From the NCBI RefSeq assembly GCF_009828925.2, contig NZ_WUTY02000001.1, forward strand, positions 1,060,492-1,084,491: a DNA stretch of 24,000 nucleotides, in the 5' to 3' direction. The position numbers and the translations under genes were made by a program. Positions 8,401 to 17,568 of the stretch are shown here, piece after piece. Position 1 is the stretch's first letter, and every line of letters starts with the position of its first letter. The notes beneath the pieces are model-generated. The model was not told the DNA's origin and did no database searches. It saw only the letters and a program-made list of their open reading frames with translations. This stretch comes from Methylicorpusculum oleiharenae (lineage in GTDB: Bacteria; Pseudomonadota; Gammaproteobacteria; Methylococcales; Methylomonadaceae).

Positions 8401-11124
8401 CTAATGGGCTTCATCCCAATTATTCCCACTACCTATATCGACAATCAGCGGAACATCAAGTTGAGCCGCCGAGCACATAATCGAGCGAATCCGGTCTACG
8501 CATTGATTTAGATCGGCCGCCGCTATCTCAAAAACCAATTCATCGTGTACTTGCATAATCATTTTGGCATCAGGCTTATCATGTTGAAGCCACTCATCCA
8601 CCGATATCATTGCGCGTTTAATAATATCGGCAGCAGTACCTTGCATAGGTGCGTTGATGGCCGTTCTCTCGGCGTATTGACGGCGAGCGGCATTGCGAGA
8701 ATTAATTTCGGGCAGGTAAAGCCTGCGGCCGAACAAGGTTTCTACATAGCCCTGTTCTTTGGCAACTGCTTTGATTCTTTCCATATACTGTTTTACTCCG
8801 GGATAACGGGCAAAATATAAATCAATATACGATTGGGCCTGACCACGCGACAAGCCGAGCTGTTGCGCTAAGCCGTAAGAAGACATGCCGTAAATCAGCC
8901 CAAAATTGATGGCTTTGGCGGAACGCCTCAAATCCGATGTTACGTGTTCCAATGAAACACCAAAAACCTCAGCCGCCGTGGCACTGTGGATATCCTGTCC
9001 TTGCGAGAATGCTGCCAGTAATCCCGAGTCAGCCGATAAATGGGCCATAATGCGCAGTTCGATTTGGGAGTAATCTGCTGCGACGATTTTATAACCGTCA
9101 GGTGAGATGAATGCCTGGCGGATTCGGCGGCCTTCGCTACTGCGGATCGGGATATTCTGCAGGTTAGGATCCGAGGAAGATAGCCTTCCTGTTGCCGCTA
9201 CCGCCTGGTGGTATGAGGTATGAACCCGGCCAGTTTTGGGGTTGATCTGCTGCGGTAATTTGTCGGTATACGTGGATTTGAGCTTACTCAGGCTACGGTA
9301 GTCCAGAATCAGTTTGGGTAGCGGGTAGTCAATTGCGAGTTCCTGCAGCACCGATTCCTCAGTGGATGGTTGACCTTTGGGCGTCTTTTTGATAACCGGT
9401 ATGTTCATCTGATCATAAATGATCGATTGTATTTGTTTGGGGGAGCCCAGGTTGAAGGTTTTACCGGCCAGATTGTGAGCATGTTGTTCAATGGAAGTAA
9501 TCTGACCGGCCAGTTCCAGGCTGTGTTGAGCCAGCATCGCACAATCAATCAGAACACCCTTTCTTTCGATGCGGGACAAGACACTCAGCAACGGGACTTC
9601 TATGTCCTTATATAACGCCAGCAGCGCGGGTTGCTCTTTCAGTTTAGCGCTGAGAACGTGATGCAGTCTCAGGGTGATATCGGCGTCTTCAGCGGCATAA
9701 GGCGTGGCTTGCTCCAGCGTCACTTCCCGGAATGAAATCTGTTTGACGCCTTTTCCTGTCACATCTTCATAATGAATGGTGGTTAAGCCCAGATACTCTT
9801 TTGCTAAATCGTCCATGTTGTGTTTTGTTGCTGTGCTGTTTAACACATAAGATTCAAGCATCGTATCTTCAGTGATGCCTTTCAGTTCTATGTCGTAATT
9901 GGCGAGTACATTCGCGTCATACTTCAGATTTTGGCCTAGCTTGGATTTTTCAGGGTTTTCGAGGAGCGGACGCAATTTTTCCAATATCGTGGCTCTATCC
10001 AGCTGTTCTGGAACATCCGGATAATCATGCGCTAAGGGTACATAAGCCGCCTTGCCGGATTCTATTGCGAAAGACACACCGACAATTTCTGCCTGACTGT
10101 AGTCCAGACTGGTTGTTTCAGTATCAAATGCAAACAGAGAAGCCTGATTCAATTGTTCAAACCAGCGGTTGAAATCCTGATCAGTCAAAATAGTTTCATA
10201 GTGCCGTTCAACAGGCGGACAATCCTCGATTAAAGTTTCAGGACTGGCTCGACTCACATCGCTGGTGTTGTTCAATTGTTTAAGCCAGGACAAAAGACCG
10301 AGTTCAGTAAGTTGAGATTTTAAATCGTCTTTGTCAATGGGCCTGATTTTCAAATCATCCAATTCATAATGCAAAGGAATATCGCATTTTATCGTCGTCA
10401 GCACTTTTGAAAGAGGCAGCTGATCGATACTGGCGCGCAAATTTTCACCGATTTTTCCGGTTATCTGATCGGCATGGGCTACCAGGTTTTCCAGTGTTCC
10501 GTATTCAGTCAGCCATTTGGCGGCCGTTTTCGGACCCACCTTGGGTACGCCTGGAATGTTATCAACGCTGTCCCCCATTAACGCTAGATAATCAATGATT
10601 TGTTCAGGCTTTACGCCGAATTTTTCGATCACCCCTTGAATATCGGTGCGAGTATTGGACATGGTATTGTCCAGCGTAATGTGGTCCGATACTAATTGTG
10701 CCATGTCTTTATCGCCCGTCGAGATGACGACTTTGAAATCGCGCTGTTCAGCTTGCCGGGCAAGCGCTCCGATAACGTCATCGGCTTCAACGTCCGGTTC
10801 CATGATTAACGGTAAGCCCATACATTGTATCAGCCGATGCAGCGGTTCGATTTGCACCCTTAAATCATCAGGCATAGTCGGCCGGTGGGCTTTATATTGA
10901 TCAAATAAGTCATGACGGAAGGTTTTTCCCGGGGCATCGAAAATTACCGCAATGTATTCGGTTGGGTAATCATTCATTAACTTGCGCAGCATGTTCGTCA
11001 CACCGTAAATCGCATTGGTCGGTAACCCTTGAGGACTGGTCAATGGCGGTACCGCATGATAAGCGCGAAACAAAAATGAGGAACCGTCGATAAGAACTAG
11101 ATAGGGTGATTGCTGTTGAGACAT
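8401..11124 (-). CDS. polA: DNA polymerase I
   Basis: 907 aa. 5'-3' exonuclease N-terminus (LVLIDGSSFLFRAYHA). 3'-5' exonuclease (FAFDTETTSL). Polymerase motifs (DYSQIELRIMAH, RRSAKAINFGLIYGMS, QVHDELVFE). Confidence 0.97.
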   Translation of the reverse strand: MSQQQSPYLVLIDGSSFLFRAYHAVPPLTSPQGLPTNAIYGVTNMLRKLMNDYPTEYIAVIFDAPGKTFRHDLFDQYKAHRPTMPDDLRVQIEPLHRLIQCMGLPLIMEPDVEADDVIGALARQAEQRDFKVVISTGDKDMAQLVSDHITLDNTMSNTRTDIQGVIEKFGVKPEQIIDYLALMGDSVDNIPGVPKVGPKTAAKWLTEYGTLENLVAHADQITGKIGENLRASIDQLPLSKVLTTIKCDIPLHYELDDLKIRPIDKDDLKSQLTELGLLSWLKQLNNTSDVSRASPETLIEDCPPVERHYETILTDQDFNRWFEQLNQASLFAFDTETTSLDYSQAEIVGVSFAIESGKAAYVPLAHDYPDVPEQLDRATILEKLRPLLENPEKSKLGQNLKYDANVLANYDIELKGITEDTMLESYVLNSTATKHNMDDLAKEYLGLTTIHYEDVTGKGVKQISFREVTLEQATPYAAEDADITLRLHHVLSAKLKEQPALLALYKDIEVPLLSVLSRIERKGVLIDCAMLAQHSLELAGQITSIEQHAHNLAGKTFNLGSPKQIQSIIYDQMNIPVIKKTPKGQPSTEESVLQELAIDYPLPKLILDYRSLSKLKSTYTDKLPQQINPKTGRVHTSYHQAVAATGRLSSSDPNLQNIPIRSSEGRRIRQAFISPDGYKIVAADYSQIELRIMAHLSADSGLLAAFSQGQDIHSATAAEVFGVSLEHVTSDLRRSAKAINFGLIYGMSSYGLAQQLGLSRGQAQSYIDLYFARYPGVKQYMERIKAVAKEQGYVETLFGRRLYLPEINSRNAARRQYAERTAINAPMQGTAADIIKRAMISVDEWLQHDKPDAKMIMQVHDELVFEIAAADLNQCVDRIRSIMCSAAQLDVPLIVDIGSGNNWDEAH

Positions 11125-11169
11125 GGCGTATGAAGGTTTCAGGGGGGGCTCGATGCTAAGCCGGCGGAA

Positions 11170-13281
11170 TCAGGTTTTGCGCTTAACTGCAGTGATGGTG
11201 GGCAATTGACTGATCCTGCTCAGCACCTGGCTCAGTTGAGCGGTATTTTCAATCAGAATTGACATATACAATATCGCAGATAAATCGGTATGAGTTCTCA
11301 ATGACGCATCAGTAATATGAACTTTTGATTGGAACAAAATCTGCGAGACATCGTTTAACAGGGTTTGGCTATTATAAGCATGGATAACGATGGGCACGAT
11401 ATGGCGGGTTTGCTGCCCACTATTCCACTCGGCAGCAATGAGCTGTAACTTCTTTTCCGGATCAAGTGCCAAGATATTAGGGCAATTGCGGCGGTGGATG
11501 GTAATACCTCTTTTATGAGAAATAAAACCAATAATATTGTCTCCTTTGACAGGAGAGCAGCATTTTGCAAGCGATGTTTCAATGTTGTCGATACCGCCGA
11601 CAGTTATTTGTGACCTGGGCAGGTTTTTTTGGGGACTGTATCTTAGCTGTGCGGGTTCCAGTTCAGGTATTTGCAGCGCATGAGCGATTTGTTGAACACT
11701 GATGTCACCGCGGCCCAAGGATTCAAAAAAGAAGTTGCTATCTTCCATTTTGAAATGCTTAATCAATTCGTCGAGGTTCAGTGCTTTAACCCCCAGACGT
11801 TTCACTTCCTTATCTAATAGCTGTTTACCGATAGTGATGTTTTCGCATTGCTTTTGTTGCTTAAACCAGCTTTTTACTTTACTGATGGCACGGGATGTTT
11901 TCAGATAGCCCAAGCTGGGATCTATCCAGTTCAGATTGGGGTAACCGTTTTTGACGGTGATAATTTCTACCCGTTGGCCGGATTTAAGCTGATAGGTAAG
12001 CGGTCTTATCTGGCCGTCAACTTTAGCTCCGCGGCAGCTATGCCCGATCTCCGTGTGGATGGCATAAGCAAAGTCCAGTGGTGTGGCTCCTTTGATCAGG
12101 TCAACCAGTTTTCCCGCTGGAGTTAATACAAACACTCTATCGGTGAATAATTCAGTACGGAAATTTTCGATCAGAATGGCATTATTATCACGCTCATCGA
12201 GAAGCTTACGCAATGAAGCAATGTTTTTTGCGGTTGCAGCATTGTGCTGACTGCCTTCTTTATAACGCCAATGGGCTGCCACACCGAGTTCAGCAAATTC
12301 ATGCATATCGCGTGTCCGGATTTGGACTTCTATCCGGTTTCCCTGAGTATCAAGAATGACAGTATGCAAAGACTGATAGCCATTTTCTTTGGGGTTTGCT
12401 ATGTAATCATCAAATTCTTTAGGGATGTATTGCCAAAGGCTGTGCACCAGCCCTAGTACTGAATAACAGGTAGCCATATTGTCAACGATAACGCGCACGG
12501 CCAACAGGTCGTACAAATCTTCAAACGCCAGATTTTTCCGGAACATTTTGTTCCAAATGCTGTAGATGTGTTTAGGCCTTCCATAAACCTTGGCGTTAAT
12601 ATGTTCATTTTCCAGCGCTTGAGATAATGTTTCTTTGAAGGATTGAATACAGGCTTCCCGCTGATTCCTGTTGTCCGCCAGAGACTTTGCAATGAAGCGG
12701 TAGTTTTGAGGATCAAGATAACGGAAAGCCAGGTCTTCCAATTCCCATTTGAATTGATTTATCCCCAGCCGGTTTGCCAGTGGCGCGTAAATATCCAGTG
12801 ATTCTTGCGCAATAAAACGGCGCATATCGTAATCTTCACTGTGAAGATTACGTAACCTTTGAATACGGTATGCAAGTTTAATCAGTACCGCCCGGACATC
12901 ATGGGTCATGGCCAGCAACATTCGCCGTAATATCTCTGCCTGATTGGGCTGATTGGCCATTTCCAGGTTGTATACGGTTAATTTGTTAAGCCAGTTGACA
13001 TCTTTAACAAGGGCGGCGACGATCGAGCCGAATTTTTTTTCAATGTCAGGTTCGCTAATACGTCCAGCGATACGCGAGTCGCTAAGGAGAGCGGCCAAAA
13101 TGGTCTCCACATCGATGTGTACTGCCATCAATATCATGGCTACATCAATCCCTCTGGGCCTGAGGCTGGGCGGGCTCGCATCAGTCTGACTGACAATGGC
13201 GAGAGCCTTCTCTATTTTCAGCGAATCGGTTTGCGAAAAGCCGCTCATCAATTGCTGAACTGAAATTATAGTTTTGTCCAT
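11170..13281 (-). CDS. relA: GTP pyrophosphokinase, RelA-type (p)ppGpp synthetase
   Basis: 703 aa. Synthetase core (YGRPKHIYSIWNKM, LLAVRVIV, GYQSLHTV, EVQIRTRDMHEFAELGVAAHWRYKE). TGS region (VFVLTPAGKLVDLIKGATPLDFAYAIHTEIG). C-terminal ACT-like region. The N-terminal pseudo-hydrolase lacks the SpoT HD motif (AALLSD). Confidence 0.9.
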   Translation of the reverse strand: MDKTIISVQQLMSGFSQTDSLKIEKALAIVSQTDASPPSLRPRGIDVAMILMAVHIDVETILAALLSDSRIAGRISEPDIEKKFGSIVAALVKDVNWLNKLTVYNLEMANQPNQAEILRRMLLAMTHDVRAVLIKLAYRIQRLRNLHSEDYDMRRFIAQESLDIYAPLANRLGINQFKWELEDLAFRYLDPQNYRFIAKSLADNRNQREACIQSFKETLSQALENEHINAKVYGRPKHIYSIWNKMFRKNLAFEDLYDLLAVRVIVDNMATCYSVLGLVHSLWQYIPKEFDDYIANPKENGYQSLHTVILDTQGNRIEVQIRTRDMHEFAELGVAAHWRYKEGSQHNAATAKNIASLRKLLDERDNNAILIENFRTELFTDRVFVLTPAGKLVDLIKGATPLDFAYAIHTEIGHSCRGAKVDGQIRPLTYQLKSGQRVEIITVKNGYPNLNWIDPSLGYLKTSRAISKVKSWFKQQKQCENITIGKQLLDKEVKRLGVKALNLDELIKHFKMEDSNFFFESLGRGDISVQQIAHALQIPELEPAQLRYSPQKNLPRSQITVGGIDNIETSLAKCCSPVKGDNIIGFISHKRGITIHRRNCPNILALDPEKKLQLIAAEWNSGQQTRHIVPIVIHAYNSQTLLNDVSQILFQSKVHITDASLRTHTDLSAILYMSILIENTAQLSQVLSRISQLPTITAVKRKT

Positions 13282-13394
13282 GGTCAGATTTTAACGGATT
13301 CGAAAAACTTGGCAATCATGTTAGTCTACAGCCATTTTATTACTAAAATATGTTTTTAACTTTAAACCGGATTGATAAGGGTTAGATATCAGTT

Positions 13395-14714
13395 ATGAAA
13401 ATTACCGTATTTGGCAGTGGCTATGTGGGCTTGGTAACGGGGACTTGTTTGGCGGAAGTCGGCAATGATGTTATTTGTATGGATGTGGATCAGGTAAAAA
13501 CAGAAAAGCTGAAACAAGGAATTATTCCTATCTTTGAGCCTGGATTGGACGCCATGGTAAAGGAAAACCAAGCAGCCGGGCGATTACGTTTTACTTCAGA
13601 TGCAAAGGAAGCGGTTGAACACGGTCTGTTTCAGTTTATTGCCGTTGGCACACCGCCGGATGAAGATGGTTCTGCAGACCTGCAATATGTATTGGCGGTA
13701 GCCAAAAGCATCGCAGAACACATGGAAGGTTATCGAGTTGTCATAGATAAGTCGACAGTACCGGTTGGAACCGCAGATAAAGTAAAAAACAGAATGCTGG
13801 AGGTATTAAAAGCCCGTGGTAAGGATTATGAGTTTGACGTCGTATCCAATCCCGAGTTTTTGAAAGAAGGTGCAGCTATTGACGATTTTATGAAACCGGA
13901 TCGTATCGTCATCGGTACAGACAATCCTAGAACTGCGGAATTGCTCAAAGCGTTGTATGCGCCTTTTAATAGAAGTAGGGAACGAGTCATTGCGATGGAT
14001 GTCCGTTCTGCAGAGTTGACCAAATATGCCGCTAACGCGATGCTGGCGACTAAGATCAGTTTCATGAATGAATTGGCCAATCTGGCTGAAAAATTAGGCG
14101 CCGATATCGAGCATGTGCGACAAGGTATAGGTTCCGACAGCAGAATAGGTTACAGCTTTATTTATCCTGGCTGTGGCTATGGCGGTTCGTGTTTTCCTAA
14201 AGATGTTAAAGCATTAGAAAGAACCGCCAAGGAAGTTGGGTACCATGCCGAGCTTTTGTCCGCTGTAGAAAATGTCAATGATCGCCAAAAGCAGCGGTTA
14301 TTTGAAAAAATTAATGATCATTATCAAGGGAATGTGAAGGGTAAAGTATTTGCCTTATGGGGATTGTCATTCAAACCTAATACCGATGATATGAGAGAAG
14401 CCCCCAGTCGGGTATTGATCGATTCGTTGATTGATGCCGGTGCCATAGTCAAAGCCTATGATCCCGAAGCCATGGAAGAAGCGGAGCGCATATACGGCGA
14501 TAAGTCGGGGCTTGTTTATGCCAAAACTCAAAACGATGCATTCACTGACGCAGATGCTCTGGTTATTGTGACGGAGTGGAAGCAGTTCCGTAGTCCTGAT
14601 TTTGATCAACTCAGCCGCCATTTAAAAGATAAAGTTATCTTCGACGGCCGTAACATGTATGAGCCTAACATTGTTAGAAATAGCGGTCTGAGCTATTACG
14701 CCATTGGCCGTTGA
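13395..14714 (+). CDS. ugd: UDP-glucose 6-dehydrogenase
   Basis: 439 aa. Rossmann start [16 protein letters not shown]. Catalytic [10 protein letters not shown]. Typical length. Confidence 0.92.
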   Translation: MKITVFGSGYVGLVTGTCLAEVGNDVICMDVDQVKTEKLKQGIIPIFEPGLDAMVKENQAAGRLRFTSDAKEAVEHGLFQFIAVGTPPDEDGSADLQYVLAVAKSIAEHMEGYRVVIDKSTVPVGTADKVKNRMLEVLKARGKDYEFDVVSNPEFLKEGAAIDDFMKPDRIVIGTDNPRTAELLKALYAPFNRSRERVIAMDVRSAELTKYAANAMLATKISFMNELANLAEKLGADIEHVRQGIGSDSRIGYSFIYPGCGYGGSCFPKDVKALERTAKEVGYHAELLSAVENVNDRQKQRLFEKINDHYQGNVKGKVFALWGLSFKPNTDDMREAPSRVLIDSLIDAGAIVKAYDPEAMEEAERIYGDKSGLVYAKTQNDAFTDADALVIVTEWKQFRSPDFDQLSRHLKDKVIFDGRNMYEPNIVRNSGLSYYAIGR

Positions 14715-14882
14715 GCAAATTTAGAGTGTGAACTTAGTCAATAATTTGAAATTCTATCTAGTAAATACTCTGTGGCGAATTGTAATTTCTGAAGGAATGT
14801 CTAGAGTTTTAATTGAGCGGCATTGAGCGAGCATCAATCACTAAATGCTGTGGTGTATCAATCAAAACTCCTGGAGTAGAAA

Positions 14883-15146
14883 ATGAAATATTTATTGGCT
14901 TTATTCGCACTCATTACATTCAACGCCTTTGCTGAACCCGTTAACATTAATACCGCAGACGCAGAGACCATTGCCAATTCACTTAATGGTATTGGAATCA
15001 AGAAAGCCGAGGCAATAATCGAACATCGAACAAAAGAAGGTGATTTTAAATCGGTTGATGATCTTGCTAAGGTCAAGGGAATCGGTGAAAAAACTGTAGA
15101 AAAAAATAAAGCAGATATTATATTGACGAGCTCACCAAAAAAATAA
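14883..15146 (+). CDS. comEA: ComEA-like secreted helix-hairpin-helix DNA-binding protein
   Basis: 87 aa. Signal peptide MKYLLALFALITFNAFA. NINTADAETI...LNGIGIKKAEAIIEHR...FKSVDDLAKVKGIGEKTVEKN is a duplicated HhH motif. Confidence 0.85.
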   Translation: MKYLLALFALITFNAFAEPVNINTADAETIANSLNGIGIKKAEAIIEHRTKEGDFKSVDDLAKVKGIGEKTVEKNKADIILTSSPKK

Positions 15147-15168
15147 AAGCATAGCGTCAAAACGAAAA

Positions 15169-15199
15169 CCAGACATCTGGAAAGCTGTCTGGTTTTTTT
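15169..15199 (+). terminator. Intrinsic terminator after comEA
   Basis: CCAGACA (15169-15175) / TGTCTGG (15186-15192) followed by T7 (15193-15199). Confidence 0.8.
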
Positions 15200-15322
15200 G
15201 TTTATTAAAAAACGGTTTGTTGTTGAGAGAAATAGATAAATCATCTCGGGCATATATAAGTCATTTGTCTGAAATTCTTCTTTTGTGGTAAAAGTCATTA
15301 AAAATATCAGGAATAACATCTT

Positions 15323-15766
15323 ATGTTGGCCAAAGAAGACCTGTTGGAAATTGAGCGGATGGTGGAGCAAATAATTGCCAGGCAGCCTGATGTAAAAAAT
15401 AATGCCAACGTACGATATGAGTTAGACCTCAGAGAGCGGACCGTAAGAGTTGAAGAAGAGTTGAAACACCAGCGAGACCTGATGATAAAAGGTTTCGATG
15501 CAATGGAAAAGCGGTTCGAACAGATGGAAAAACGTTTCGAGCAAGTTGATAAACGATTTGAGCAGGTCGATAAACGTTTTGAACAGGTTGATAAGCGATT
15601 TGAGCAAGTTGATAAGCGTTTCGAACTTGTGGATAAACGGTTTGAAGAAATGCGCAAAGATATGAATACAGGTTTTATGGAAATGAATCGAAGGTTGGAT
15701 CGATTGATGTATTGGACATTAGGCTTAGTCGTTTCCGCTACCCTGCTCGTCATCAATTTTAAGTAA
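15323..15766 (+). CDS. Tail-anchored coiled-coil protein with seven tandem heptad repeats ((M/V)(E/D)KRFEQ); function unknown
   Basis: 147 aa. AGGAA lies 9 nt before the ATG. MEKRFEQ x2, VDKRFEQ x3, VDKRFEL, VDKRFEE. A single C-terminal hydrophobic segment, WTLGLVVSATLLVINF, ends one residue before the stop. Co-directional with comEA and rfaH. Confidence 0.75.
   Translation: MLAKEDLLEIERMVEQIIARQPDVKNNANVRYELDLRERTVRVEEELKHQRDLMIKGFDAMEKRFEQMEKRFEQVDKRFEQVDKRFEQVDKRFEQVDKRFELVDKRFEEMRKDMNTGFMEMNRRLDRLMYWTLGLVVSATLLVINFK
15503..15649 (+). repeat. Seven tandem 21-bp in-frame repeat units
   Basis: Units start at 15503, 15524, 15545, 15566, 15587, 15608 and 15629. They differ mostly at synonymous third positions. 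Confidence 0.95.
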
Positions 15767-15803
15767 ACCCATTGCATCAGGTTTCTTATAACTCCCCAAT
15801 AAC

Positions 15804-16295
15804 ATGACGTGGCATGTCATACATACCAAGCCTCGGCAAGAAAATCGAGCGCTTGAAAACTTGGCAAGGCAAGGATTTCGGTGTTATTTGCCAACATTTA
15901 AAGCTGAACGAATTAGGCGAGGGCAAATATACATTGGTATCGAACCTTTGTTTCCCCGCTATTTGTTTATCTGTTCGGATAATGGATTGAATTGGAACGC
16001 CATTCGATCTACCAAAGGCGTGCAGGCATTGGTTTCTTTCGGTGGAGAAATTGCAAAAGTCGACGATCAGCTAGTTGATGTTTTGCAAAATGTTGAAAAT
16101 AATTTGAAGACGGGTGAGCCTGATAAATTATTTAATCAGGGTGAAAAAGTACAAATCATCACAGGCCCTTTTTCCGGTATGGAGGCCATTTATCAGATGT
16201 CAGACGGAGAGTCACGGGCTTTGGTTTTGATGGAGTTTCTCGGTAAGCCTACCAAGGCAAAATTTGACATCGTACATTTAAAGAAATCCTGCTAA
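15804..16295 (+). CDS. rfaH: RfaH-like NusG paralog (operon-specific transcription antiterminator)
   Basis: 163 aa (E. coli RfaH is 162 aa). NGN domain: WHVIHTKPRQENRALENLARQG...EPLFPRYLFI...IRSTKGV..LVSFGG. KOW domain: GEKVQIITGPFSGMEAIYQMSDGESRALVLMEFLGK. An ops element lies 180 nt downstream. Confidence 0.85.
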   Translation: MTWHVIHTKPRQENRALENLARQGFRCYLPTFKAERIRRGQIYIGIEPLFPRYLFICSDNGLNWNAIRSTKGVQALVSFGGEIAKVDDQLVDVLQNVENNLKTGEPDKLFNQGEKVQIITGPFSGMEAIYQMSDGESRALVLMEFLGKPTKAKFDIVHLKKSC

Positions 16296-16415
16296 GTTCC
16301 GGATAACAATAAGCCTATGTGCTCTCCATCATAGGTCTTTTACTCCCCCAATTCAGAACTCAATTAACTTCTATCCGTATTGATTATCCCCAATATTTCC
16401 CTTAAGGAAATTCAG

Positions 16416-16424
16416 TGGTATAGT
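16416..16424 (+). promoter_or_regulatory. Candidate extended -10 promoter element (TGGTATAGT) for the ops-containing leader
   Basis: A TGn + TATAGT hexamer lies about 50 nt upstream of the ops element. The -35 is poor (TTTCCC at 17-nt spacing). Confidence 0.3.
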
Positions 16425-16474
16425 GCGTTCAATAGTTGAACAGATTGCCGCGCTTGCTGATCGTGACACAGTAG

Positions 16475-16486
16475 GGCGGTAGCGTG
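16475..16486 (+). promoter_or_regulatory. ops (operon polarity suppressor) element, the core of a JUMPStart sequence and the RfaH recruitment site
   Basis: GGCGGTAGCGTG on the + (non-template) strand matches GGCGGTAGnnTG at every specified position and is identical to the E. coli 12-mer. It lies in a non-coding leader between rfaH and co-directional genes. Confidence 0.8.
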
Positions 16487-16549
16487 TTTTTTGTAAAACA
16501 ATGTAAGATCATCTTAAGCCAAATTCTCGTTCGACATTTTATAACTACA

Positions 16550-16930
16550 ATGGAAAACGACGATAAACCGTCAGGTTCTTTAAACGAAGAAACCCATTTG
16601 CGCGTACTCCGTTTATTGGAAAACAATTCGCAGATGAATCAGCGCGAGTTAGCTGAAAATTTGGGTGTGAGCGTAGGAAAAATCAATTATTGCCTCAAGG
16701 CATTACTTGATCGCGGATTTATCAAAATGCAAAACTTTCGTAATAGTCAAAACCGCATGGCCTATGTGTATTTGTTAACGCCAATGGGAATTGCGCAAAA
16801 AGGGTTGCTGACCAAACGGTTTCTCGATATCAAGCTAGCCGAATACGAAAGTTTGAAGCAAGAGATTGAACTATTGACTAAAGAAGTCGAAATAGTTAAA
16901 TCTTTAGATGATTTTGATAAGTACCAGTAA
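16550..16930 (+). CDS. MarR-family winged-helix regulator of the EPS-associated type (126 aa from ATG 16550)
   Basis: HLRVLRLLENNSQMNQRELAENLGVSVGKINYCLKALLDRGFIKMQNFRNSQNRMAYVYLLTPMGIAQK, followed by a C-terminal coiled coil. It resembles the EPS/exosortase-locus MarR subfamily (TIGR04176, from memory). The ORF-track start at 16484 overlaps the ops element and adds an implausible 22-aa extension, so the start is moved to 16550. Confidence 0.75.
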   Translation: MENDDKPSGSLNEETHLRVLRLLENNSQMNQRELAENLGVSVGKINYCLKALLDRGFIKMQNFRNSQNRMAYVYLLTPMGIAQKGLLTKRFLDIKLAEYESLKQEIELLTKEVEIVKSLDDFDKYQ

Positions 16931-17025
16931 GAAAAGTGCGTATTGCAAAAAATCCAGAAAGTTGCCTGAATGAAGTGTAACGGAACCCGGGTTGTTCGAT
17001 CTCAGTCTCCAAAAATAACCAACTT

Positions 17026-17568
17026 ATGAGCACGCCAAGCGCAGAAGATTTGCCTCATTACACTTACGATGACTATGTGCAATGGGAAGGCCGATGGGAG
17101 CTCATTTACGGACTGGCTCACGCTATGAGTCCTTCACCCAGCATTGCCCATCAGGCAATCAGTCAACACATTGCCAGTCAGTTAGAGCGTGCTTTGGAAT
17201 ATTGCCAGGAATGTCATGCATTACTGCCTGTTGATTGGAAAATTGACGAGGAAACCACGGTCCAGCCAGATAATTTGGTAGTTTGCGGAGAATTGGAAAA
17301 AAGCGCTTATTTAAGCAAAGCTCCTATCTTGATTTTCGAAATTCTTTCCAAAGCCACCGCACACAAGGATCGTACTACCAAATTCAAACTGTACGAGCGG
17401 GAAGGCGTTAAATTTTATGTGATCGTAGATCCCATTGATTCAATTGCCAAGGTCTATCACTTGCAGGAGGGCCGGTACATCAAGATGCTGGATGCCAGCA
17501 AAGAGAGCATTGAGCTTGACCTAGGAAAATGTGGAATTCAGTTCGATTTTTCCAAAATATGGATATAA
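17026..17568 (+). CDS. Uma2-family (DUF820) PD-(D/E)xK putative endonuclease
   Basis: 180 aa. YTYDDYVQWEG.WELIYG...MSPSPSIAHQ...VQPDNLVV...APILIFEILSKATAHKDRTTKFKLYEREGVKFYVIVDP fits the Uma2 pattern (D...E-x-K core: PD, EILS, K). Confidence 0.75.
   Translation: MSTPSAEDLPHYTYDDYVQWEGRWELIYGLAHAMSPSPSIAHQAISQHIASQLERALEYCQECHALLPVDWKIDEETTVQPDNLVVCGELEKSAYLSKAPILIFEILSKATAHKDRTTKFKLYEREGVKFYVIVDPIDSIAKVYHLQEGRYIKMLDASKESIELDLGKCGIQFDFSKIWI

Noticed and set aside
8401-13281. Numerous 60-95-aa ORFs inside polA and relA, on either strand (e.g. 8545-8820, 9370-9615, 10646-10900, 11848-12126, 12453-12716, 12953-13189)
   Set aside because: All are embedded in long, motif-rich, well-supported genes and have no signals of their own.
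14858-15370. 170-aa minus-strand ORF overlapping comEA and its terminator
   Set aside because: It spans a clear intrinsic terminator and the well-supported ComEA-like gene. Its sequence is AT-driven and of low complexity, with no recognisable motif.
15307-15777. 156-aa minus-strand ORF with SKRLSTCSNRLSTC repeats, mirroring the heptad-repeat gene
   Set aside because: It is the antisense reading of the same 21-bp repeat. It has no SD, is Ser/Cys/Arg-rich and of low complexity, and opposes the flanking gene direction. The + strand ORF has an SD, a coiled-coil heptad pattern and a terminal TM segment.
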